Both the position numbers and the translations under genes were made by a program. A stretch of DNA of 64,000 bases from an uncultured Pseudomonadota bacterium. Lineage in GTDB: Bacteria > Pseudomonadota > Alphaproteobacteria > Rs-D84. Under the pieces are notes generated by a model that was given only the letters and a program-made list of their open reading frames with translations, searched no databases and was not told where the DNA came from. How positions within the stretch are numbered: the first letter of the stretch is position 1; the number at the start of each line of letters is the position of its first letter. This document shows positions 47,085 to 55,498 of the stretch, piece after piece. Location: positions 10,537-74,536 of the forward strand of contig CASETE010000023.1 of the NCBI GenBank assembly GCA_949290785.1, written 5' to 3'.

Positions 47085-47618
47085 TTAAACCCTTTCTACC
47101 TGCGTAAAGTCTAACTCTACGCTCGTTTCACGGCCAAATACCAAAATCGTAACGGTCATTTTTTGTTTCAAATTATCTACTTCTGATACAACACCGTTAA
47201 AGCCCGCAAAAGGACCGTCAATTACATGAACCTCTTGACCGACTTCGTATTCAACATCTTCTGTGACGACAGAACCTTCTTCAACCTGCTTCAACAAGCG
47301 ACGCGCTTCTTCTTCGCTAACCGCAATAGGTTTGTTTTTCGCACCCAAGAACATTACAACCTGTGGCATTAATTTTACCAACGAGAATGTTTCGTTATTC
47401 ATAACCATCTGAACAACAATATAACCTGGGAAAAACTTTTTTTCAGACTTCACACGTTTACCGGCCTTGATTTCCGTAACTTCACGCGTAGGCACCAAAA
47501 TTTCACCAAAATAAGCGTTTAAACGACGTTTATCAATCTGTTCACGCAACCCACGCGCAACCTTGTCTTCGCAACCAGTGTGAACATTAACAACAAACCA
47601 TTGCATTTTTTCTTCCAT
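47085..47618 (-). CDS. nusG: Transcription factor NusG
   Basis: WFVV, FFPGYI, KOW motif VIDGPFAGF, FGRET; start 47618 has an AAGGA SD. Confidence 0.97.
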   Translation of the reverse strand: MEEKMQWFVVNVHTGCEDKVARGLREQIDKRRLNAYFGEILVPTREVTEIKAGKRVKSEKKFFPGYIVVQMVMNNETFSLVKLMPQVVMFLGAKNKPIAVSEEEARRLLKQVEEGSVVTEDVEYEVGQEVHVIDGPFAGFNGVVSEVDNLKQKMTVTILVFGRETSVELDFTQVERV

Positions 47619-47637
47619 ACTAACTTCCTTTGCCAGT

Positions 47638-47817
47638 TTAGAAAATCCATCCAACGACCATGTTCAATAAACTATCTACCACAAAAAAGAACAACGCCGC
47701 TACCCCAGAAAAAACCAGAATCATTATAGTTGCACGAACAACACTATCACGCGAAGGCCAAACAATCTTAAACCATTCACTGCGCACTGATTTTATATAT
47801 TCTAGTATTTTTTTCAT
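47638..47817 (-). CDS. secE: Preprotein translocase SecE (59 aa), not in the ORF track
   Basis: MKKILEYIKSVRSEWFKIVWPSR, single TM, VD; lies between tRNA-Trp and nusG. Confidence 0.93.
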   Translation of the reverse strand: MKKILEYIKSVRSEWFKIVWPSRDSVVRATIMILVFSGVAALFFFVVDSLLNMVVGWIF

Positions 47818-47860
47818 AAAACCCGCCTATGTACTTTGACCACGCAAACGCCCAGAAATC

Positions 47861-47934
47861 TGGCAGGGGCAGAAGGAATCGAACCCTCATCCGCGGTTTT
47901 GGAGACCGATATTCTACCGTTGAACTATGCCCCT
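47861..47934 (-). tRNA. tRNA-Trp (anticodon CCA)
   Basis: AGGGGCA/TGCCCCT acceptor stem, CTCCAAA anticodon loop, GGTTCGATTCC, encoded CCA. Confidence 0.95.
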
Positions 47935-48164
47935 AATTCAATTACTGTACTCGCCGTCTTTTATACCGCCGACCCCAATGATCTGCGTTACAATAGCACA
48001 ACTATACAGAAAATCAAGTGGAAAGTATTATAAGATTTTAATTCATAACAAGCAAGCAAAAATTATTCATCATTTTTAATTAAAATATGATTTTTCTACA
48101 CTTTTTACTTGCATAGACGTCTAATTTTTTTCTACAATCTTTGTAATAACAGGGAGAGGAACAC

Positions 48165-48848
48165 TTGCAAGACCGCATAGAACCGCCAATTTTGCTATCT
48201 AGATTGATGACATTCGTGTTCGCAGGAATGCTGGTTATTTTGTTTGCTTTGCTGTTTACGTTATATAACATGTTCCCCGTAAATCGCCCACAAGTGTTTT
48301 TCTTGATGTCTCGCCCAAAAAGCAACATGCAAATAGTGTTACGCGGAATGGCGCCTTTGGATGAAAATTTCATAGAATACGAAAAAGCATTCATCTTGGA
48401 ATACGTAAAGGCAAGAAACGAAATCGTGCCTAACGCTGGGGTAATGCGCACGAAATGGAATAACAATGGACCAGACAGCGTCGTTCACGCGTGGTCAACC
48501 CAAGACATTTATAACAAATTTACGCAAACTAATATGTGGAACGCTTGGATGTCTGACCTGCCAGATTTTGAGTTTTCTTGCAGCGTGGAATTTGATAATA
48601 ATGCGCTGACTCCGCACGCAGAAGACACTTACATCGTAAAATTTTATTATTTCTGCGCAGATAATAATAGACAGCTGGATAAAAAAGAGTATAGAATAAA
48701 AGTAAAAGTCGATAAAAGCGATAACGCGCAAATAGATTGGTCAGATCGTTTGAATAACCCATTGGGACTTCGCGTTTCGGAATACGAGATAGAGTCTGGA
48801 AACGGCGACCCACTGGATACAGGTTATTCAACAGAAATGAGTATGTAG
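48165..48848 (+). CDS. VirB8-family type IV secretion protein
   Basis: Single N-terminal TM, FILEYVKARN helix, RLNNPLGLRVSEY (NPxG motif); TTG start with GAGG SD. Confidence 0.8.
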   Translation: MQDRIEPPILLSRLMTFVFAGMLVILFALLFTLYNMFPVNRPQVFFLMSRPKSNMQIVLRGMAPLDENFIEYEKAFILEYVKARNEIVPNAGVMRTKWNNNGPDSVVHAWSTQDIYNKFTQTNMWNAWMSDLPDFEFSCSVEFDNNALTPHAEDTYIVKFYYFCADNNRQLDKKEYRIKVKVDKSDNAQIDWSDRLNNPLGLRVSEYEIESGNGDPLDTGYSTEMSM

Positions 48849-48874
48849 TCAAAAAAAAACGGAAGGAAAGAAAA

Positions 48875-50419
48875 ATGTTTTCAACAGGTGCAAAGTTAAA
48901 TATATCTATATTTTGTTTCTTTTTAGTTTGCTCTGTTTGTATATCAGACAACGCAATTGCGATGAATTATGGCGTGCAAGACGCTTGGAATAACCCATCT
49001 GCAAACATGACCGCCGGCAGTATGAAGCCGGGCTATGCGCAATTGACGTGGTCAAAGGGTACGGTTTTACCCGTTAAACTACGTAACGGCATGGTAACAA
49101 TGATAACGTTGCCAAACGGCGAACAAATAGAAGATGCAGTGGTTGGAAACAAGAACTTATTTTCCTTTGACGCGACCAAGGGCGGTAATACCATACTAAT
49201 TACCCCGGAAAAAAGTAACCAAGGATCTGACACGAACTTTATCGTAACGGGAAAATCTGGCAATCAGTATATATTCTATCTGCGCAGCGAACCTTCAAAC
49301 GCCAGCGAAGTTACCTATTCTCAAGTAGAAGTCGTTCTGGACAATAACGCAGTATTACCAAATGCCGGCGGTTCAACAGGCGGGGCGGTGGGTGGTTCAT
49401 CGTCCATATTTAAAAAGGTATCTTCGGCAGACAGTAATACCGTCGGCGTTGACGGCGAAGATTATGGTTGGATAAAATCTATGAAAATTGACCCGTCAGA
49501 GTTTAGATTTGACTTAGATATATTCGTACCAAACCCAGATGATTATGTAATTGCGCCTGAACGCGTATGGCGCGATAGAATATTTACTTACATAGACTTT
49601 GGCGACAAGGTCATATCAATGACGCAAAGACCGGTTGTTTCTTTACTGGTAGAAGGCGGTGAATCACCGGTTGGTTTCCGCACAGACGGTGAAGACGGTC
49701 GTCTGTTAATAGTAGAAGCGGTCGGCGATATGGTTTTGCGCAGCGGTCAGCGTATCGTCTGTATAAAGAAACGTGAAAAACCGTTCTTGATTGCAGATAC
49801 CGCATCCGTAATGGCGTTGGCAGAGGCAAATATCGCACAAAGTATGATGTCCGGACAATCTTTAAACAATATTGCGTATAACGCAGATTTATCAGCAATG
49901 AATTATGGCGTAGGTAACTATACCACTACACCAACGTTTGTTGGAAATAATATGACCGGCGGCACAACAGCAGGATATTACATGCCGGCAGGTTACGGCG
50001 TTCCGGCCGCAAATTATGGAACCAGTAGCGGCGGCGGCGTTTCAATGATACCAACAGAAAGGTTAACAGCGGGTTCTTTCTTACCACAGTCAAATATACC
50101 GCTGATTACCACGAACCAATCTGGCGTCGCGGTAGAACTGAAATCTGACACATCTGTAAAAGCGCTGGAAGATTATTGGACGACTTTACTGGCAAAGTTC
50201 AGCGGTGAAAACGGTCAAGGCTTGCTGACGCCTTATAAAGACATGGTATTCTTTGCTGTTGACGCCCAAGGTGTTGGCGATTTGGGTTCAGAATCGTCCA
50301 CGGCACGTTTGTATCGTTTACGCATCGGGCCGATGTCAGATATTGACACAGCGCAAACGCTGTGTGACAAGTTAACTGCGTCCCAAGGGGTAAGTTGCAG
50401 CGTTGTCAGAATACAGTAA
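48875..50419 (+). CDS. VirB9/TrbG-family protein with C-terminal SPOR-like domain
   Basis: Signal peptide, TMITLP.GE.I, TNFIV.G...Y.FYL, P.RVWRD..FTYIDF; C-terminal YRLRIGP......A..LC..L.....C. Confidence 0.75.
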   Translation: MFSTGAKLNISIFCFFLVCSVCISDNAIAMNYGVQDAWNNPSANMTAGSMKPGYAQLTWSKGTVLPVKLRNGMVTMITLPNGEQIEDAVVGNKNLFSFDATKGGNTILITPEKSNQGSDTNFIVTGKSGNQYIFYLRSEPSNASEVTYSQVEVVLDNNAVLPNAGGSTGGAVGGSSSIFKKVSSADSNTVGVDGEDYGWIKSMKIDPSEFRFDLDIFVPNPDDYVIAPERVWRDRIFTYIDFGDKVISMTQRPVVSLLVEGGESPVGFRTDGEDGRLLIVEAVGDMVLRSGQRIVCIKKREKPFLIADTASVMALAEANIAQSMMSGQSLNNIAYNADLSAMNYGVGNYTTTPTFVGNNMTGGTTAGYYMPAGYGVPAANYGTSSGGGVSMIPTERLTAGSFLPQSNIPLITTNQSGVAVELKSDTSVKALEDYWTTLLAKFSGENGQGLLTPYKDMVFFAVDAQGVGDLGSESSTARLYRLRIGPMSDIDTAQTLCDKLTASQGVSCSVVRIQ

Positions 50420-50440
50420 TATATTGATTGCGGATATAAT

Positions 50441-52870
50441 ATGAGCACTATAAAACAACAAATTTCTGATTTACGTAAAAATACGCCAAAGCATATTCAA
50501 TGGCTATTATTGGCGGCTGCGTTTGTCGTTGTAATGATTCTGTTAACGTTGCTGTTAACAAGTAAAGAAAAAGAAAAAATTGAAACGACTGAATCGGTGG
50601 CGATACAACTGAAATTTGACCCGGAAATTATAGACATGTCAAACACAATGGTTGGAACAAAAACAACCAGACAAGTCAATTTATCAACAAACGCCCCTAC
50701 AAAAATCGTTGAAGTAAATTTTCTTGAACAGGTTCCTGGTTTAAGCATAAATCAAACATGCGTTGCTAAAAATCAGATAGACGCTAAAAATAATTGTACT
50801 ATCACCTTGGACTATCAACCGACAAGTGATGTATCTACGAAAATTGTTGAATTAGTTGTAAAGTGGCACGGTGCCCAAGAACCCGCTGCAATGACTAAAT
50901 CAACGAACCAAACGGTCGTTATAAGTGCGCAAGCACCAAAACAAGAACCGAAACCAGAACCAGCGCCACAACCAGAACCCGAAACAGAAACCGAACCTGA
51001 ACCTGAACCAGAACCGGTTAAAACGGTAAAGCAGGAAATAAAACAAGAAATCAAAGAAATTGCACCATCGGATCCATTTATAGATGCCGCACCTAAAACG
51101 GCACCTGAAACGCAACCTGTAAAACCGGCAGAGTCTTGTTCTGACTTTGCGTTTCCTGGATACAACTTATCAGGTGTGCAAAGCGGTTGGATTCGTCCAG
51201 AGGCAGGCGCGTATTATTACCATCCTTTTTCAGATAAAAATTGTGACAGCCCGACAGGCGTATACAATCCTGATACAGGTATAATAACAGACATCAACGA
51301 TAATATTACGAAAATAGGAACAGATGCGGAACACATCGGTTATACCAACGTTATAAACCGTGAAATTCCGCAATTATCAAATCCTGCACCTAAAAAAGAA
51401 AAAAATCTTGCGCGGCAATTAACAGCCGACGAATTGGCCGCGTTACCACAAAGCGCCGATGCAACAACAGAAACAGGCAATATTTTTAGAATAACATTAA
51501 ACGATCCTAAAACTAAAATTTATACAGGCAGCAGTAGTGAAAGCGCGGTTTTTTCATCTGACCCATTTGACAGAAAATTCGTATTAAGACAATATAAACC
51601 AATTCCTGCAACAATCGTATCCGAAGTTCGCGCAGACCCTTCTTTATATAATTGCCCAGACGGTGGCGGGGAATGTAAAGGACAAACATTACCAGTACGC
51701 GCAACAGTTGATAGAAACGTATATTCTGATGATGGTCGTACTGTTATTATACCAACAGGTACGTTGCTGTTGGGATATGTAACCGGTGAATTACCTGGAC
51801 CATACAAATCAATTGGTCGTATGCAAATAGAATGGTATCAATTTATATTACCAAATGGCGTTGAATTCAATTTTCATGGTAACAACCCATTTTCTGGCGA
51901 CTCACAGGGGCGCGCGGGGGTTCCGGGGCATGGCAGTACAGACTATGTTGAACAAATTGTTATGCCAATGCTGACCGCGATTGTTCCAGCTGCGGTAAAT
52001 ATGATTGCACCAATCGCAGATACGTTTGTTAACCAAATTGATTTGGATAACAATACAGTTGTTCAATCAGGTACAGTACGTTCATCTGAATTGGCAAAGA
52101 ATGAAATAATAAATGCATGGAATCAGGTTGCACAGAAATTACTGGTTGATGCAATGGACAATACAATACCACCATTTTCAATTGCAGCCGGTACACGTAT
52201 AACAGTCTTTTCACCAGAAGATTTGGTAATTACATGTGGCAACGATGACACAAAAGAATGTTCTGTTAAAAACGTTAAAGAAAACACCAGTCTGGATGAT
52301 ATACGCAATCTACGTAATGATGAATGGGATACGAAAGGCCCAACTGTAAAATATGAAGATTCTTCGTGGGTTGGTCAGGTACGTTCGTTTAATCTGAGAG
52401 AAGACTATTGCACAAAAGGTTCTAACGGTCTTTTTGAGATTAATAAAGAAAAAATAGAAGACATTTATAAATCTGGCTATGATTACAGAACTGTTTTGGC
52501 ATATTGTCAGTCGCTAAATTACCAAGCGATAAACAACGCAAAACAAAATGCGTATTATCAGAACCAAACAACAACTTTCCAGACAACCTATGGACAACCC
52601 GGCAGTCAAACGACCGAACAACAACAGGCATATAATGAAGATATACTTGGTTTAACTTATGAAGATGGGGTTATTCAAAACCCGTTCCAAGATAATAACA
52701 GTGCGGAAACCTTGCCTGTGGAAACGCCTACGAACGTATTAATCTGCCCTGATGGCACAATCCCAGATGAATACGGTTGTTGCGCAGGTGAAATTTATAC
52801 AGATATGGGCGACCAAGGGTTCAATTGCTGTCCAGAAACAGGTGGCGATTGTTTCCCGCCCATAAAGTAA
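50441..52870 (+). CDS. VirB10/TrbI-family protein with Ig-like domain, Pro/Glu linker and Cys-rich tail
   Basis: N-terminal TM, IPATI, RATVDRNVYSDDG..VIIPTGT.L.G, DSQGRAGVPG, IPPFSIAAGTRITVF...DL. Confidence 0.8.
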   Translation: MSTIKQQISDLRKNTPKHIQWLLLAAAFVVVMILLTLLLTSKEKEKIETTESVAIQLKFDPEIIDMSNTMVGTKTTRQVNLSTNAPTKIVEVNFLEQVPGLSINQTCVAKNQIDAKNNCTITLDYQPTSDVSTKIVELVVKWHGAQEPAAMTKSTNQTVVISAQAPKQEPKPEPAPQPEPETETEPEPEPEPVKTVKQEIKQEIKEIAPSDPFIDAAPKTAPETQPVKPAESCSDFAFPGYNLSGVQSGWIRPEAGAYYYHPFSDKNCDSPTGVYNPDTGIITDINDNITKIGTDAEHIGYTNVINREIPQLSNPAPKKEKNLARQLTADELAALPQSADATTETGNIFRITLNDPKTKIYTGSSSESAVFSSDPFDRKFVLRQYKPIPATIVSEVRADPSLYNCPDGGGECKGQTLPVRATVDRNVYSDDGRTVIIPTGTLLLGYVTGELPGPYKSIGRMQIEWYQFILPNGVEFNFHGNNPFSGDSQGRAGVPGHGSTDYVEQIVMPMLTAIVPAAVNMIAPIADTFVNQIDLDNNTVVQSGTVRSSELAKNEIINAWNQVAQKLLVDAMDNTIPPFSIAAGTRITVFSPEDLVITCGNDDTKECSVKNVKENTSLDDIRNLRNDEWDTKGPTVKYEDSSWVGQVRSFNLREDYCTKGSNGLFEINKEKIEDIYKSGYDYRTVLAYCQSLNYQAINNAKQNAYYQNQTTTFQTTYGQPGSQTTEQQQAYNEDILGLTYEDGVIQNPFQDNNSAETLPVETPTNVLICPDGTIPDEYGCCAGEIYTDMGDQGFNCCPETGGDCFPPIK
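50934..51016 (+). repeat. Degenerate 6-nt coding repeat (GAACCN) giving an EP/PE linker
   Basis: gaaccg aaacca gaacca ... gaacct gaacct gaacca gaaccg. Confidence 0.7.
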
Positions 52871-52877
52871 GCAAGAT

Positions 52878-52903
52878 CCCGCCAATTTGGCGGGTTTGTT
52901 TTT
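52878..52903 (+). terminator. Terminator of the virB8-10 operon
   Basis: CCCGCCA-ATT-TGGCGGG followed by TTTGTTTTT. Confidence 0.8.
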
Positions 52904-52970
52904 AACTAATATTGAAAATCATAGGAGGTATAACTATAACAATATAAACAAACTTAAATACGATTTTTAT

Positions 52971-52994
52971 GTGCGCGTTTTTGCGCACTTTTTT
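52971..52994 (+). terminator. Second terminator-like hairpin in the intergenic region
   Basis: GTGCGC-GTTTTT-GCGCAC followed by 6 T. Confidence 0.6.
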
Positions 52995-53039
52995 ATTTAT
53001 ATAAAAAAAACGTATAAAAGCACGATTCGGAACACCTTG

Positions 53040-53055
53040 GTAAAAACACCTTAAC
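53040..53055 (+). promoter_or_regulatory. CtrA-box-like site
   Basis: GTAA-N7-TTAAC, one mismatch to TTAA-N7-TTAAC; flanked by three GANTC sites. Confidence 0.4.
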
Positions 53056-53166
53056 GAATCAGAAATCCGATTCGCATTTCAACCATTGGTTGTACCCTTT
53101 TACAGATTTCTATTCGTGTTTTATATATCCTGTCATGTAACGTCATATTAAAAGGAGGAAGTTAAA

Positions 53167-53517
53167 ATGACATCGCAAAACATACAAACTTTATATACAG
53201 CAGAAAAATTTCAAAATGCAGAACAATTGTGGTTTTGGTTCTTGTATTCTAAATCTGTACAAAACGGTTTCTTGCGAACAAGAACAAATTGCACTAAACG
53301 TCCGTGCGAATTATTAGACGTAGAATCGTTGATTACAAAATTATATCTTTCTGGACGACTAACCGAAGAACAATTGGACGTGATGAAAAAATTTGGTGAC
53401 CGCAGGCGCGCGCCTCATCAATATATATGGGCCGAAAATCGCGCAGCAGATTTATGGCGACGCGCAATGCTGGTATTAGAAAACGCCGCAAAACAACGCG
53501 GTTGGATTGAACAATAA
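53167..53517 (+). CDS. Hypothetical protein (F..AE..WFWF...RPCE..D...LY type)
   Basis: AGGAGG SD, 116 aa; motif pattern recalled from Rhodospirillales-type hypothetical proteins. Confidence 0.8.
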   Translation: MTSQNIQTLYTAEKFQNAEQLWFWFLYSKSVQNGFLRTRTNCTKRPCELLDVESLITKLYLSGRLTEEQLDVMKKFGDRRRAPHQYIWAENRAADLWRRAMLVLENAAKQRGWIEQ

Positions 53518-53569
53518 GTTTTATACCGCACGCCGCTAAGGCGTGCGAAAATATATAAAAGGATTCGTT

Positions 53570-53932
53570 ATGATTATCGTCGCCTTTGCAAAAAAAACAT
53601 CTAAATTTATACCTAAAATATTTTGTCGCAGGTACAAGCACTGCGCCCCCATACTAAAAAAAAACAACCGCTTCATAATGTTACAATTTGTTAAATATAA
53701 GCATATTGTAAAAATCCCGCTGACTATTAACAGCATAAAACTGTTAAAAAAAGCAGGTTGGGATTTCATACAACTGAATAAACACAACGCACATACATAC
53801 AACATGCCTAAAACCTGCGTTGATTTAACTAAACAAGTCTTGGGTATAAAGAAAGCTCCGTTTATACAAACACCGAACGCTTTATATGCAAAAATTAAAC
53901 GCCCTTCTGGGCGTTCAAAGTTTATTTGTTAA
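53570..53932 (+). CDS. Hypothetical basic protein, possibly permuted papain-like (His...Cys) fold
   Basis: AAGGA SD before ATG 53570; KHC...TCV..K..LG.....TP..LY pattern. Confidence 0.7.
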   Translation: MIIVAFAKKTSKFIPKIFCRRYKHCAPILKKNNRFIMLQFVKYKHIVKIPLTINSIKLLKKAGWDFIQLNKHNAHTYNMPKTCVDLTKQVLGIKKAPFIQTPNALYAKIKRPSGRSKFIC

Positions 53933-55496
53933 ATTTCTTGATGTAATACATCTGGCCGATGCCAAATACGTTTGACATCGTCCAATATAACACCAGACCC
54001 GCAGGCATCCACGCAAACATCACTGTGAATAATAACGGCATCCATTTCATAACCTTTTGTGTTTGCGCAACAGCATCGTTCACAGAACCGTTACTTTTCG
54101 CAGGCGTCTGCAAATATTGTTGTAACCACATGGTTGCCCCCATTAATATCGGTAATATGAAATATGGGTCCATGGTCGCTAAATCAGATATCCATAAAAA
54201 TTGGGCACTGCGCATCTGAACAGATATCAATAACGCCTTGTACAACGCAAAGAAAATCGGTATCTGTATCAACATAGGCAAACACCCCGACATCGGTGAA
54301 GTCTTGTGCGTCTGATACAGTTTCATCATTTCCATCTGCAAGCGCATCTTGTCGTTACCGTATAATTTTTGTATGCGCGTCAGTTCTGGCTGCATCTTTT
54401 GCATCGCCATCATCGACGTATAAGACTTTCTGGTAAGCGGCCACATCAAAATACGTAACAATATCGTCAATATTATTATCGCTACGCCATAGTTCATAAC
54501 AATTGAGTTCAAACCGTTTAACGCCCATAACATAGGACGCGCCAAAAACCAAAACCATCCATAATCAATCGTATCGTCTATGCCGGCAATCTTGGCAGAC
54601 ACTAAATCTAATACGCGCTGTTCACGCGGTCCGACAAACAAGTTCGTTGTTATTGTTTTACTTTCCCCGGCAGATATGGAAACTGCGTTTGCCGCAACGT
54701 CCGCCTGATACAAATCACCCGTCTTTTTTATACGCAACGTCTGGTCCGGACTGTCCACAGACACAATCGTTTCCCAATATTGATCCGCAAAACCAATAAA
54801 ACCGGTTGTCGTTGAATATGCAAAAGACTTCTTGTCTATGTCATGCCAATCGTCTCGTTCTATATCTGAATTAGCATACGCAATTGCACCAGTGTAAACG
54901 CCCGCAGACGAAACGACGTCGTTTGCACGAACGATTCTGGCGTACGGTGCAACACTGATGTCCTTACCCGAAGCGTTCTTGATTGTGTCCGACACGGAAA
55001 TTAAATAACCGTCTACACTTATCTGTCTGCGGTATTCAATACCGTCAGAATTACGCCAGACAAATGTATCACCGTCTTTCTTCCACACGGTTTTCGCAAC
55101 TGGGGCAGATGTACCCGGTGATAAAATACCAACCTCGGCAAATGCGCCGTCTTGGGATAACAAAGACACAGGCCCGCTATCAGCAACGGAACTGTCCTGA
55201 GCAAAATTTAATAATTTTACATCATAAATTCGCAGCCCCTGAACGTTAGCGGTAATGTCATCAGACTTTATCTCTGACACAGGAACGCCAGACAAATCTT
55301 CTGTGACCACGGTTGCGTCTTCTGCGGTTTCAGTGGCTGGTTTCGGCCCCATCATAACGCCAATTAACCACCATGCCGCCAAGAACAACATCAACCACCA
55401 AAAAAAAGTACCCCAACGTGATTTTGATTTTTCTTGTGCGTACTTATTCGCACTCCATTGCTGAAAGCCGGAATTGTTATCTAAATACTTCACCAT
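53922..55496 (-). CDS. yidC: Membrane protein insertase YidC
   Basis: IDYGWFWF, NYGVAII, GCLPMLIQIP, DPYFILP, PAGLVLYW. Confidence 0.97.
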   Translation of the reverse strand: MVKYLDNNSGFQQWSANKYAQEKSKSRWGTFFWWLMLFLAAWWLIGVMMGPKPATETAEDATVVTEDLSGVPVSEIKSDDITANVQGLRIYDVKLLNFAQDSSVADSGPVSLLSQDGAFAEVGILSPGTSAPVAKTVWKKDGDTFVWRNSDGIEYRRQISVDGYLISVSDTIKNASGKDISVAPYARIVRANDVVSSAGVYTGAIAYANSDIERDDWHDIDKKSFAYSTTTGFIGFADQYWETIVSVDSPDQTLRIKKTGDLYQADVAANAVSISAGESKTITTNLFVGPREQRVLDLVSAKIAGIDDTIDYGWFWFLARPMLWALNGLNSIVMNYGVAIIILTILLRILMWPLTRKSYTSMMAMQKMQPELTRIQKLYGNDKMRLQMEMMKLYQTHKTSPMSGCLPMLIQIPIFFALYKALLISVQMRSAQFLWISDLATMDPYFILPILMGATMWLQQYLQTPAKSNGSVNDAVAQTQKVMKWMPLLFTVMFAWMPAGLVLYWTMSNVFGIGQMYYIKKFNK

Positions 55497-55498
55497 AA

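Noticed and set aside
36222-47107. Many antisense and alternate-frame ORFs in the ORF track (e.g. 44774..45133, 45293..45700; also 23454..23852, 28406..28738)
   Set aside because: Shadows of well-supported genes on the opposite strand, with no SD or recognisable motifs
48165-53932. Integrative conjugative element inserted at tRNA-Trp
   Set aside because: The locus is at the tRNA 5' side; no integrase, relaxase or duplicated tRNA end was seen
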